A stretch of 64,000 bases of DNA. Origin: Candidatus Marinacidobacterales bacterium. Lineage in GTDB: Bacteria; Acidobacteriota; Vicinamibacteria; Marinacidobacterales; DATDRI01. This document shows, piece by piece, positions 18,849-27,101 of this stretch. Numbering within the stretch: position 1 is the stretch's first letter; each line of letters begins with the position of its first letter. Both the position numbers and the translations under genes were made by a program. A model generated the notes under the pieces. It did not search any database. It saw nothing but the letters and a program-made list of their open reading frames with translations, and was not told where the DNA came from. The DNA lies in NCBI GenBank assembly GCA_965226495.1, contig OZ245365.1, positions 1,664,001-1,728,000 on the forward strand, read 5' to 3'.

Positions 18849-19780
18849 ATGACAACATACAAGCGCCAGCACACCGTTCCGGTTAGCTATCAGCGCAGCT
18901 TCTCGACCGATCGTGCAAAGAGGAATCGCAGCTCGAAGGTCTACAAGTTCTCCAAGGCTGATGCCTGTTGGACCGGACCGGTTCGTGCGGAGAAGCAGTG
19001 CTGGGCCTCCGACTTCTACTCAGCGGCTGATCGCGAAAAGAGCGAGAAGGAGCTCCAAGTCATCGAAGACGACTACGCGAAGTGGAGCGAGAAGGTCTAC
19101 CAGCAAGGCTTCGCTTCTCTTACCGAAGAAGAGGTCTACAACCTTGCGCTCACCGTGCTGGCGCTCTTCGCACGCAACCCGGTTCACCGACACACGGGTG
19201 TCCTCCCGGAGGAGCGGAATCGCGTAGCAGCCCGATACGAGGCAGTCAGCGTTCTGGTAGCCGCAGAGTACGCGGAAGCAATTAAGGAGGGTGTTTCCGA
19301 GGAAATCCGCCGCGAGCGTCAGGACGAGATTCAGCGTCGCTGGTCACTGCATGAAGTTCGCGCCGCTGCCGGCAGCTCCTTCATCTACACGGACTCACCG
19401 GTGGTCCCCTGTTTTATTGGCACGACCGGCGCTCGCACTCTTGCGTTTATCATGCCGTTCGACGCAGAAGCGGTGTGGATTTACGCGGACGAGGGCGTTC
19501 ATGTCGGCGCCACCACAGCGACCGAGGATGATGTCGATAAGATCAACAGCTCTTGGCCGCCCACGCGATCGACGTAGTGTTTGCGAGCAGCGAAATCGAT
19601 CCAGGTCCAATCCGAGCGGGATTTGCTTCGCCCTTCGACATCAAGAGCGAGATCAACACGGAGGGATGGAGTTTTGAACCCTATCGCCTCACTGACATCC
19701 CTTGGCTTTCTGTTGCGCCAGGTACACCGGGCTCACCTCAGTCGAGAGTTCGCGTTAAGGCGCGTTCTAAGCTTGTGTGA
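18849..19780 (+). pseudogene. gene cassette A2: DUF4238-like protein, apparent 1-nt frameshift near 19550
   Basis: RQHTVPVSYQRSF and FIYTDSPV motifs; frame continues as LAAHAIDVVFASSE (19553-19780). Confidence 0.65.
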
Positions 19781-19796
19781 CGCGGAAGTCTGGCGC

Positions 19797-20811
19797 TGTA
19801 GTGTCCTGAGTCTTTGGTTACACACTGAGTCCTGTTTTCTGTCTAAGGCGTTCATACGGGGTCTGGCCGTCTAAGCCTCCATGAGGTCGATGGTAGTTAT
19901 AGTACTTCTCCCACTCGCTCAGTTTTGCATTGAATAGGTGAATGTCGTCGCTGACCCCGTCCTTGTCTAGAAGCTGGTAAAACTCTTGGTCGTCGGTGCG
20001 ATGAGAGCGTTCGACCTTGCCGTTCAATCGAGGGGTCCGGGGCGTGATGTATACGTGGGATATGTCTTTGTCCTGAAGGTGCCAGTGAAACCTCGACTGG
20101 AATTCAGCACCGTTGTCGGTTTGTATGACGTGAATTCTGAAGGGTAATCGGTGGATGACTTCATCGATGAACTGAATGGCCGTCTTTTGACTGCAGGCAT
20201 CGAATATCTTCAAGACCCGTATCCTTGTACAGTCGTCTACGGCCGTGAACTGATAGAGCCTTCTCCGGGTGCCTGGTATTCTCTCCAGGAACTTTACATC
20301 GACCTGCAGCCTATGGCCAGGCTGGCGTTTCTCGTACCGCTTCCAGCGCTTGGTGTGAGCGCGATGCTTCTGGTTTGCGGGCAATCGACTTAGGCCATTG
20401 CGTTCCAGGACTCGGTGAACCGTGGAGCCGGCGATTTTTATCTGATGATATCGATGCAGATAGGAAGCGATTCTCGCCGGCCCAAAGTGGTAGTTCTGCC
20501 GCAAGTAGAGAATCTTGCTGACCGTCTCTTTGGGAGTCTCGTGGGGGCAATTCTTGGGCCTTCTTGGTCTATCACAGAGGCTTGCTTCACCATGGGCCGC
20601 GTACCGAGAAAGCCATTTGTAGAAAGTCGTCCGCGAGATCCCGAAATATCTACAAGTTTTTGAGACATTGTGAGTTGTTTCGCCTGCGTGACGAATGACC
20701 TTCATCCGCCAATTTACCAGTCGCTGTCGTTCCGTCTTCTTCATAGTTGCACTGCCTCTCTGTAGCGCTTAAAAGAAGACTAGTGTGTCACCTATGTCCT
20801 TGGGTTTTACA
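19797..20811 (-). mobile_element. IS481-family insertion sequence (about 1015 bp)
   Basis: Imperfect TGT...ACA terminal IRs (TGTAGTGTCC..GGTTACACACT / TGTAAAACCC..GGTGACACACT) around a single transposase. Confidence 0.88.
19818..20744 (-). CDS. IS481-family DDE transposase
   Basis: HTH (CRYFGISRTTFYKW), rve core VDVK / TDNGAEF / NGKVERSHR, YNYHRPH. Confidence 0.92.
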   Translation of the reverse strand: MKKTERQRLVNWRMKVIRHAGETTHNVSKTCRYFGISRTTFYKWLSRYAAHGEASLCDRPRRPKNCPHETPKETVSKILYLRQNYHFGPARIASYLHRYHQIKIAGSTVHRVLERNGLSRLPANQKHRAHTKRWKRYEKRQPGHRLQVDVKFLERIPGTRRRLYQFTAVDDCTRIRVLKIFDACSQKTAIQFIDEVIHRLPFRIHVIQTDNGAEFQSRFHWHLQDKDISHVYITPRTPRLNGKVERSHRTDDQEFYQLLDKDGVSDDIHLFNAKLSEWEKYYNYHRPHGGLDGQTPYERLRQKTGLSV

Positions 20812-20818
20812 CAGGGCC

Positions 20819-20920
20819 GTCTAACGACTACATGCAGCAGACGGCCGGGTTTATGGAATCAGCAGTTCGCTTCGCGGTCATGCTTGGTGCTCGGGCCGCA
20901 GCTGATGCGCGCTGCTCGCC
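20819..20920 (+). mobile_element. attC site with mutated core (R' GCTCGCC instead of GTTRRRY)
   Basis: R'' GTCTAAC, L'' CATGCAGC, L' GCTGATG, 6-nt spacer, then GCT. Confidence 0.7.
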
Positions 20921-20951
20921 GGCTTAGGTCTTAGACACCGAGGAGACGATT

Positions 20952-21464
20952 GTGGACCATGGGCGCACGTTGAGAGTTCAGCGACGATGTTCTTTGGATT
21001 GGGACGATCTTCCAGGAGACGAAGGCGCTCGTTACTGCGATCGGTGTAAAACAGTCGTCCACGATCTTGACGCAATGTCTGTCTCAGAGGTTCAGGTCCT
21101 TTTGAAGGAGCATCCGGACGGTTTCTGCGGAACGTTCGTGAGGCCTCGAGGCGAAGGTTTCGTCGTACCCGGTTCGTCGGGTCGCCGATTGGCCTCAGTC
21201 CCCAAGGGAGGAATGGCAGCAGTCGTCCTAGCGTCTGTGCTGTCAGGTTGCTCGGATGAGACCAAAGAGTTGCAAGCGCCAGCCCAGATTGTTGCACCTG
21301 ATTCACTGCCGGCCAGCGGAGCTGGGCAGGACGCCAGCGAACCGGGATCAGGTTCTCAAGATGAGGTGCGGCGACGCTCGTCACGGCCGGTCGGGTGGTC
21401 GGAGGAAGAATGGAAGAATAAAATGGAGTTGCTTCGGTCTCTTGGGTACGTGGCACCGGAGTGA
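20952..21464 (+). CDS. cassette A3: hypothetical protein with N-terminal Cys motif (C-x3-W...CxxC...FCG)
   Basis: CSLDWDDL..RYCDRCKTVVHDL..FCG; C-terminal LRSLGYV; start codon uncertain. Confidence 0.65.
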   Translation: MDHGRTLRVQRRCSLDWDDLPGDEGARYCDRCKTVVHDLDAMSVSEVQVLLKEHPDGFCGTFVRPRGEGFVVPGSSGRRLASVPKGGMAAVVLASVLSGCSDETKELQAPAQIVAPDSLPASGAGQDASEPGSGSQDEVRRRSSRPVGWSEEEWKNKMELLRSLGYVAPE

Positions 21465-21472
21465 GTCGGCTT

Positions 21473-21510
21473 GCCGGCTAATTACGGTTGAACGGACGCA
21501 AAGGCTAGCG
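21473..21510 (+). mobile_element. degenerate attC remnant
   Basis: GCCGGCTAAT-tacggttgaacggacg resembles an R''/L'' arm; GCCGGC mirrors the cassette start at 20918-20923. Confidence 0.4.
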
Positions 21511-21517
21511 TGATTTT

Positions 21518-21841
21518 TTGAAGGAGGAACAGGAGTTCGAAGGCGTCTACGTGGCGCATTGGGAGGTATCGCGGTTCATTGTGCAAGCTGGGAAAGGCCT
21601 ATTTGGGTTATGGCAGCGGATCGAAAAATGGTGCCCGTCGTTCCCAGAAACGTTCGTCTTGCCCGAGAAAGCAGGCGAAGTCGTGGAACCCCGAGGCCCG
21701 GCGCGGTACTTCCGGATGCGTGTTCGTGGCCGACTCGGTCCAAAGGGGTCATTTGGCCACAGGGGAATATGCAATCGAGAACTCGTTATCTCCGAGGTCC
21801 TCGACTGTGAGGAAACATCCACGCCCGGGAAGACGTGGTGA
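21518..21841 (+). CDS. cassette A4: hypothetical protein
   Basis: 107-aa ORF between attC remnants; GPKGSFGHRG motif. Confidence 0.6.
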   Translation: MKEEQEFEGVYVAHWEVSRFIVQAGKGLFGLWQRIEKWCPSFPETFVLPEKAGEVVEPRGPARYFRMRVRGRLGPKGSFGHRGICNRELVISEVLDCEETSTPGKTW

Positions 21842-21865
21842 CGTCGGTCTTGTGGCAATCGAGCC

Positions 21866-21922
21866 GTCCAACAACACGCTGAAGCTGAGTCGCGGCGCAT
21901 GGCTGAGGTTTAACGGCTAGAC
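21866..21922 (+). mobile_element. eroded attC (left arm intact, core GCTAGAC)
   Basis: R'' GTCCAAC, N5, L'' GCTGAAGC; GCTAGAC directly precedes ATG 21923. Confidence 0.5.
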
Positions 21923-22246
21923 ATGAGTTTCCGGGAAATTTTGAGTAGGCCACCCGCTTGGGTGGTTATCTCGGTGGCGGCCTTTCTTGGCACGAGTGCC
22001 CATTGGTTGCGAGACTTCGAACGGATCGACTCGTGTCTAGACTCGGGTCACGTTTACAACTACGTGAACGAGGTTTGCGACACGGAGGGACTGACGTACC
22101 CGGTCATCCCATACGGGGAGCGGCACCCCAAAATCATTTCACTAGGTATGGCGGCCGGCCTGTTGGGCGTTGTCGGGGCGGCCATCGCTAGCATCGGCGC
22201 CCGGCGGTTTTCCGACGCCCTCGTTGGGCAACGGCATCGGAGATGA
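21923..22246 (+). CDS. small two-TM hypothetical protein
   Basis: TM, IDSCLDSG..YNY...C, TM. Confidence 0.6.
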   Translation: MSFREILSRPPAWVVISVAAFLGTSAHWLRDFERIDSCLDSGHVYNYVNEVCDTEGLTYPVIPYGERHPKIISLGMAAGLLGVVGAAIASIGARRFSDALVGQRHRR

Positions 22247-23085
22247 AATTAGCAACACGGATCGTTGCATTCCTAATGCTGGCGTCGCTCGGACTGGGCT
22301 CGTGGGCGTTCTGGCTCGAGCCTTCCAGTCTTCGCAACGAAGACCACGAGATCGGTCTCCCGGCATGGCCGGAACAATGTGATGATTTTCGCATCGCCAT
22401 CCTCGCCGACCTCCACGTCGGGTCTCCCTACAACGGGCTCGTTAAGCTTGCTGAGATCGTAGAGCTGACTCAGCGCGCGGACCCGGATCTCGTTCTCCTT
22501 TTGGGGGACTTCGTCATTCACGGGGTCATTGGGGGCAGCTTCGTCTCGCCGGAAGACTCGGCTCGCGAATTGGCGCGGTTGGCGGCTCCGGCTGGCGTGT
22601 TCGCGGTCCTTGGCAATCATGACTGGTGGTTCGATGCGGCGCGGGTTCGTAATGCGCTTGAAGCCGAGGGAATTCCTGTTCTCGAAGACGCGTCTCGAGA
22701 GATCGGCGTAGCTGGCTGTCGTTTCTGGCTCGCCGGCGTCGGCGATCTATGGGAAGGGGCCCACGACATCGGTGCGGCGCTGTCCGGGATTCCCGCGGGC
22801 GATCCGACGATCCTTTTCACTCACAACCCCGACCTCTTCCCGGACGTGCCATCCAGAGTTTCGCTCACGGTCGCGGGGCATACCCATGGCGGGCAGGTCT
22901 ACATCCCCGGAATTGGACGGCCGATCGTCCCTTCCAAGTTTGGGGAGCGTTTTGCGAGCGGCCACATCGTCGAAAACAGTCGGCACCTCTTTGTCAGCTC
23001 GGGGGTCGGCACGAGTATTCTTCCGGTTAGGTTTCTGGTGCCGCCCGAGGTCTCGGTCGTTAGACTCCGCGCAGGCGGCAGCTAG
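22243..23085 (+). CDS. calcineurin-like metallophosphoesterase (YkuE-like)
   Basis: DLH, GD, GNHD, HNPD and GHTHGGQ motifs. Confidence 0.92.
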   Translation: MKLATRIVAFLMLASLGLGSWAFWLEPSSLRNEDHEIGLPAWPEQCDDFRIAILADLHVGSPYNGLVKLAEIVELTQRADPDLVLLLGDFVIHGVIGGSFVSPEDSARELARLAAPAGVFAVLGNHDWWFDAARVRNALEAEGIPVLEDASREIGVAGCRFWLAGVGDLWEGAHDIGAALSGIPAGDPTILFTHNPDLFPDVPSRVSLTVAGHTHGGQVYIPGIGRPIVPSKFGERFASGHIVENSRHLFVSSGVGTSILPVRFLVPPEVSVVRLRAGGS

Positions 23086-23117
23086 CCGATGGCAGACAGA
23101 GGGCGGAGACCACAATC

Positions 23118-23417
23118 ATGAAGGCGTTGTTGCGCATCGCGACTGCGTTCACTCCGTTGGCCCTGGCACCGGTATTCGGGTATCTCATTGCCGAAGGCTT
23201 CGTAAACCTTGGAGGAGGGGAGAAGGATCTGCTCTGGATGTTCCCGTGGCTTCTCTGGTCATTGGTGTTCGCGGTGAGCGCCTTGGTTCTCTGGCGTCGA
23301 GGTTGGTCGCTCCGGCAGGCGCTCGTTCGCTCGGCGATGGTGGGCTTTTCGGTAATTCTTCTTGCGGCGGGGCTTCTGGCTATTTTCAGCCAGTTGGGAG
23401 TTGCGGGCCGATTTTGA
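23118..23417 (+). CDS. small membrane protein
   Basis: Three hydrophobic segments, NLGGGEKD loop; GGAG RBS. Confidence 0.65.
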   Translation: MKALLRIATAFTPLALAPVFGYLIAEGFVNLGGGEKDLLWMFPWLLWSLVFAVSALVLWRRGWSLRQALVRSAMVGFSVILLAAGLLAIFSQLGVAGRF

Positions 23418-23549
23418 GCCCATGATAAACGCGGAGGGACGGCATACTCAATAGAGCACTAGAGCACTATCTGCGAGAATACGAAGAATCGTTGAACCCC
23501 TGACCCGTTGGTGAAGACGGCTAGGCAAGCAAGGGGGCGGTACGTTCAG

Positions 23550-24035
23550 ATGACTCACGAGAATCAGCGGAAGCCAGTGCCGCCTGTTTTCGCAGGCCGC
23601 GTGGATCATGGATGTGGCTGTCCGCTGGGATTCATACTAGGGATGGGTTGCGTATTGTTGGGAATGCGTCACTACGGATGGCCGCCTTGGGTGGCCTTGC
23701 TTCTTTTTCTACCTGCGGGCGCTTTGAGCGGGGCGATTGTCTCGTTGGTGTTCGACGGGCTCGGCTACCCAATTCGGTATGTGATGTACCGGAACAAGTT
23801 GTCCTCGTTCCAACGCAGCCAGGAAAAGAAGAAGCGGCAATCGGGTTTTTCTCCCATCGAACTTCCAGTCGCGTTGGTGTTGTTCGGTCTGGTGGCGGCG
23901 GGCCTTCTCTATATCTTCACGAACGGATTCCCTTGGTACTACTACCTATTTGTCGTGGTCGGGCCAATCCTTTTGATCTTTGGCTCGCTTTTCGTCATGG
24001 GAATCATCGCTGCGCTTTTTCGGAGTGAAGACTAG
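23550..24035 (+). CDS. hypothetical membrane protein
   Basis: Four hydrophobic segments; internal pilin-leader-like GFSPIEL. Confidence 0.5.
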   Translation: MTHENQRKPVPPVFAGRVDHGCGCPLGFILGMGCVLLGMRHYGWPPWVALLLFLPAGALSGAIVSLVFDGLGYPIRYVMYRNKLSSFQRSQEKKKRQSGFSPIELPVALVLFGLVAAGLLYIFTNGFPWYYYLFVVVGPILLIFGSLFVMGIIAALFRSED

Positions 24036-24040
24036 AGTCG

Positions 24041-25450
24041 ATGACCGTTCGCTGGGCTCATGCACGCGCCGCCATTCGGCCGATCGGGGAGAGGCTCGGC
24101 CTAGAAGAGAAGCTCGCGCCCTACTGGGATCGCACCTGGACCGGGGAGTTAGAGAATCGACCCACGCTTTACCTCGATGACGTATCCGAAATTCCGTTCT
24201 TAGATGAGATTTCAGGAGTTGAAGAATACCAGCACCGTGCTCGGGCACGGGCCGGGGAAGGCGACCTATTTGCGACCGTCAGTCAGCCGGTCGCCGGCTA
24301 TGAGGAGTATTGCCGTGAGCGGCTTCAGCTTGGCGCTCCAGAGGGGATCGTGGCCGATGTCGTGACGAGTCCCATCGCCGTGACCCGGGCGTGCAGCGAG
24401 GGTGCGGCCTTTCAACGTCTCGTCGAATCTGCTCGTTCGGCCGGGCTTGTCATCCATCCGTACATGAGCATCGAGCCGGTCTGGGAATTAGCCGGCCGCA
24501 TTCGAGATGAAACGGGAAATGCCGTGACCGTTATCGGGCCGCCCCCACCGATAACAGAACTGGCTAATGACAAGGCGCTCTTCAGCGAAGTCGTCGTCGC
24601 CGTGCTCGGCGAGCAGTGGTTAGTCGATACGCGCATGACGACGAACCCCACCAAGCTTGCGAACCATCTCCTCGAACTCGCGGAAACTCATCGGCTCGTC
24701 GCTCTCAAACGTGCCCGGTGCGCTTCCGGAATGGGGAACTTGGTTTTGGAGGCGCGCGCCCTTACCGGGAGGAGCGCCTCCGCCGTGGAGAAGGACGTGC
24801 GTTCTTTCCTAGAGCGCACGCAATGGGATGGCGAGGAAACGGTGCTCGCAGTCGGTTGGGAACAAACGAACGTCACGCCCTCGACGCAGTTGTGGCTTCC
24901 GCCGGTTGGCGATGGCGCGCCGCAGCTAGATGGAATCTACGAACAAATTCTGGCACCCGGGACGAGTGTATTCATGGGCAGTCGGCCGTCGACCCTTTCG
25001 ACGGCGCTCAATCGCCGCATCGGGAATGCGTCGCTCGAGATCGCGACAGCCTTCCAAGACCTGGGGTATGTGGGAAGGTGCTCCTTCGATCTACTAGTTG
25101 TGGGTGATCCCGAGGGCGATTGCCGAGTGCGGTTTGTCGAGTGTAACGGCCGCTGGGGGGGCACGAGCATCCCCATGCACCTCGTGGACCGCCTGGTGGG
25201 GACTCCTCGGCCGCCGTACCGCGCGCAGGATTTCGTCCACTCGGATTTGGTCGGCAGCGCTTTCCAGGATGTCCTCGATCGCGTCGGCGACTCGCTCTAT
25301 GATGCGGAAACTCGTCGCGGCCGGTTTATCGTCTATAATGTGGGCCCGTTGGCCGGCTCGGGCAAAATCGACGTCATCGCCATCGGTGAAACGCCGCAAC
25401 AGGCGGAGAGTGCTTTGGAGGATGAGCTTCCGGAACTTCTCGGCTTTTGA
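24041..25450 (+). CDS. ATP-grasp fold ligase (pre-ATP-grasp / PGM1-like)
   Basis: ANDKALF, SGMGN, CSFDLL..FVECNGRWGG. Confidence 0.75.
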   Translation: MTVRWAHARAAIRPIGERLGLEEKLAPYWDRTWTGELENRPTLYLDDVSEIPFLDEISGVEEYQHRARARAGEGDLFATVSQPVAGYEEYCRERLQLGAPEGIVADVVTSPIAVTRACSEGAAFQRLVESARSAGLVIHPYMSIEPVWELAGRIRDETGNAVTVIGPPPPITELANDKALFSEVVVAVLGEQWLVDTRMTTNPTKLANHLLELAETHRLVALKRARCASGMGNLVLEARALTGRSASAVEKDVRSFLERTQWDGEETVLAVGWEQTNVTPSTQLWLPPVGDGAPQLDGIYEQILAPGTSVFMGSRPSTLSTALNRRIGNASLEIATAFQDLGYVGRCSFDLLVVGDPEGDCRVRFVECNGRWGGTSIPMHLVDRLVGTPRPPYRAQDFVHSDLVGSAFQDVLDRVGDSLYDAETRRGRFIVYNVGPLAGSGKIDVIAIGETPQQAESALEDELPELLGF

Positions 25451-25481
25451 GCTCGGCGGCGTTTGAAGGAGGAGCATCTTC

Positions 25482-26072
25482 GTGCGACACGAGAGTAGGT
25501 TTTCATACGTCATTTCAGTACTGGCAATTCTGATTTGTTCGGTAGCCGTAAACGCGACGGCAGAAGATCAGAGGGAGGAGTACAGCGGCTTCGTGATCAA
25601 TAAGAGCCGCAGCGCCATAAACAACTCCGCCACGGTTAGAATCGCCATCGAGCGGTGGTCGACCGATGAAGAGAGGTCCGCGCTAATCAATGCGCTGGTC
25701 GAGAACGGCCACGAAGGGTTCGTGAAAGTTCTACAGGGCCAAAAAGAAACAGGATTCGTGCGCTCACAAGCAGCGACCGACACCGTTGGCGGATTGCCGC
25801 GCATCGTCACGCGCTACGCGCGCAAGGTTACCGAGAACGGCACAACGACTATTACCTTGGTTACCGATCGACCGATGCGTGGCAAGGAAGATCCGGAGTA
25901 CAAGAAATACAACGTCTCCGCGCTTCGACTCGAGCTTAGCGAGGAAGGGAAGGGGACCGGTATCGTTTACGTGGCACTCAAGGTCGGTTATGACAAAGAG
26001 AAACAACGGCTACTCCTACAAAGTGCGACGATAGAGCCAGTCCATTTGACCAATGTGCATTTGAACAAGTAA
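25482..26072 (+). CDS. secreted hypothetical protein
   Basis: Signal peptide; IERWSTDEER..LVTDRP..GKGTG. Confidence 0.7.
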   Translation: MRHESRFSYVISVLAILICSVAVNATAEDQREEYSGFVINKSRSAINNSATVRIAIERWSTDEERSALINALVENGHEGFVKVLQGQKETGFVRSQAATDTVGGLPRIVTRYARKVTENGTTTITLVTDRPMRGKEDPEYKKYNVSALRLELSEEGKGTGIVYVALKVGYDKEKQRLLLQSATIEPVHLTNVHLNK

Positions 26073-26301
26073 CCGAGGTCGGGCTACTGTCGGTCCTCCT
26101 TACGCCTTCGAATTTAACCTAAGCGACTCATTTTACAGGGGTTTATTGTGTTCTTGTGGAATGGTGTCGCCACGGCTTACGGATTTTTTCCGTTTCCATC
26201 ACTGTTCTGCGCCCGACCGGTGCGGAACGCTGAACCGTAAACGCTTGTTAAATAAGATCGTTACGGGATAGGTCTTTTTTGGGTGGCTGCGTGTTTTCAT
26301 T

Positions 26302-26317
26302 TGGCACATTTTTCGCT
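26302..26317 (+). promoter_or_regulatory. candidate sigma-54 (-24/-12) promoter
   Basis: TGGCAC-N5-TCGCT with correct GG/GC spacing; AT-rich upstream region. Confidence 0.5.
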
Positions 26318-26554
26318 ATACCCAACTTGGGGTTCGCCTACATGTGCCGAGTAGTCGAAAACACCAAGTTCCGAGTCTGCCGGGGAGCGCCGACGGCGGG
26401 ATTCCTAGCCGGTTTTTCGCAAGACAACCTACCTACCTCATTGCCTGGGGCCTAGCTTCTCCATGAGTTCGTAGAGCGGCGAGAAGGGCGCATCGCCTCG
26501 AGTGGTTTCCACAACGATTTTCGTCGTGGTAGCCTTGCCGGTCGAGCAACAACC

Positions 26555-27013
26555 ATGGCAGAACGCAGTCACCGCCAGGAGACGATCCTCGAGCTCATCG
26601 GGCGGAAACCCGTGCGTACCCAACACGAGTTCCTCAAAGAACTACGCCGACACGGCGTGGAATTGACTCAAGCAACTCTCTCCCGCGAGCTCAAGTCGCT
26701 CGGGGTAGCGAAGGGACCGGACGGACGGGGAGGCTATCGCTATGTTGCGGGTGCCCCCGGTTCGGGGCTTTCCGGGCAGGGGCCGGTGCCCGCGGTCGCC
26801 GCGTTCGTCAGAAGCGTCGAGCGAAGCAACAACCTTCTAGTCGTTAAGACGCCCCCCGGGAACGCCCAGGGTGTGGCGCGCGGGATCGATCAAGCGGAGT
26901 GGTCCGAGGTCTTGGGGACCATCGCCGGCGACGACACCATCCTCCTTATCTGCCGGAACCAGCCACAGGCGACGCGCGTGGAGCGGCGGCTGAAGCTCAT
27001 CGCGCGTTCGTAG
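26555..27013 (+). CDS. argR: arginine repressor
   Basis: TQATLSRELK wHTH, VVKTPPGNA, GTIAGDDT. Confidence 0.95.
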   Translation: MAERSHRQETILELIGRKPVRTQHEFLKELRRHGVELTQATLSRELKSLGVAKGPDGRGGYRYVAGAPGSGLSGQGPVPAVAAFVRSVERSNNLLVVKTPPGNAQGVARGIDQAEWSEVLGTIAGDDTILLICRNQPQATRVERRLKLIARS

Positions 27014-27045
27014 ACTCCCCACCATCATCTTTTTTACTAATTTAC

Positions 27046-27101
27046 TTGACCCAGGCCCGCCCGGTGTAGATAATTATACTATGGAGATGCATAATTATGC
27101 A
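27046..27101 (+). promoter_or_regulatory. sigma-70 promoter overlapped by tandem ARG boxes
   Basis: TTGACC-N17-GATAAT; TAGATAATTATACT (27067) and perfect TGCATAATTATGCA (27088), 21 bp apart. Confidence 0.85.

Noticed and set aside
23453-23470. TAGAGCAC tandem duplication
   Set aside because: Too short to call as a transposon footprint without an empty-site comparison.
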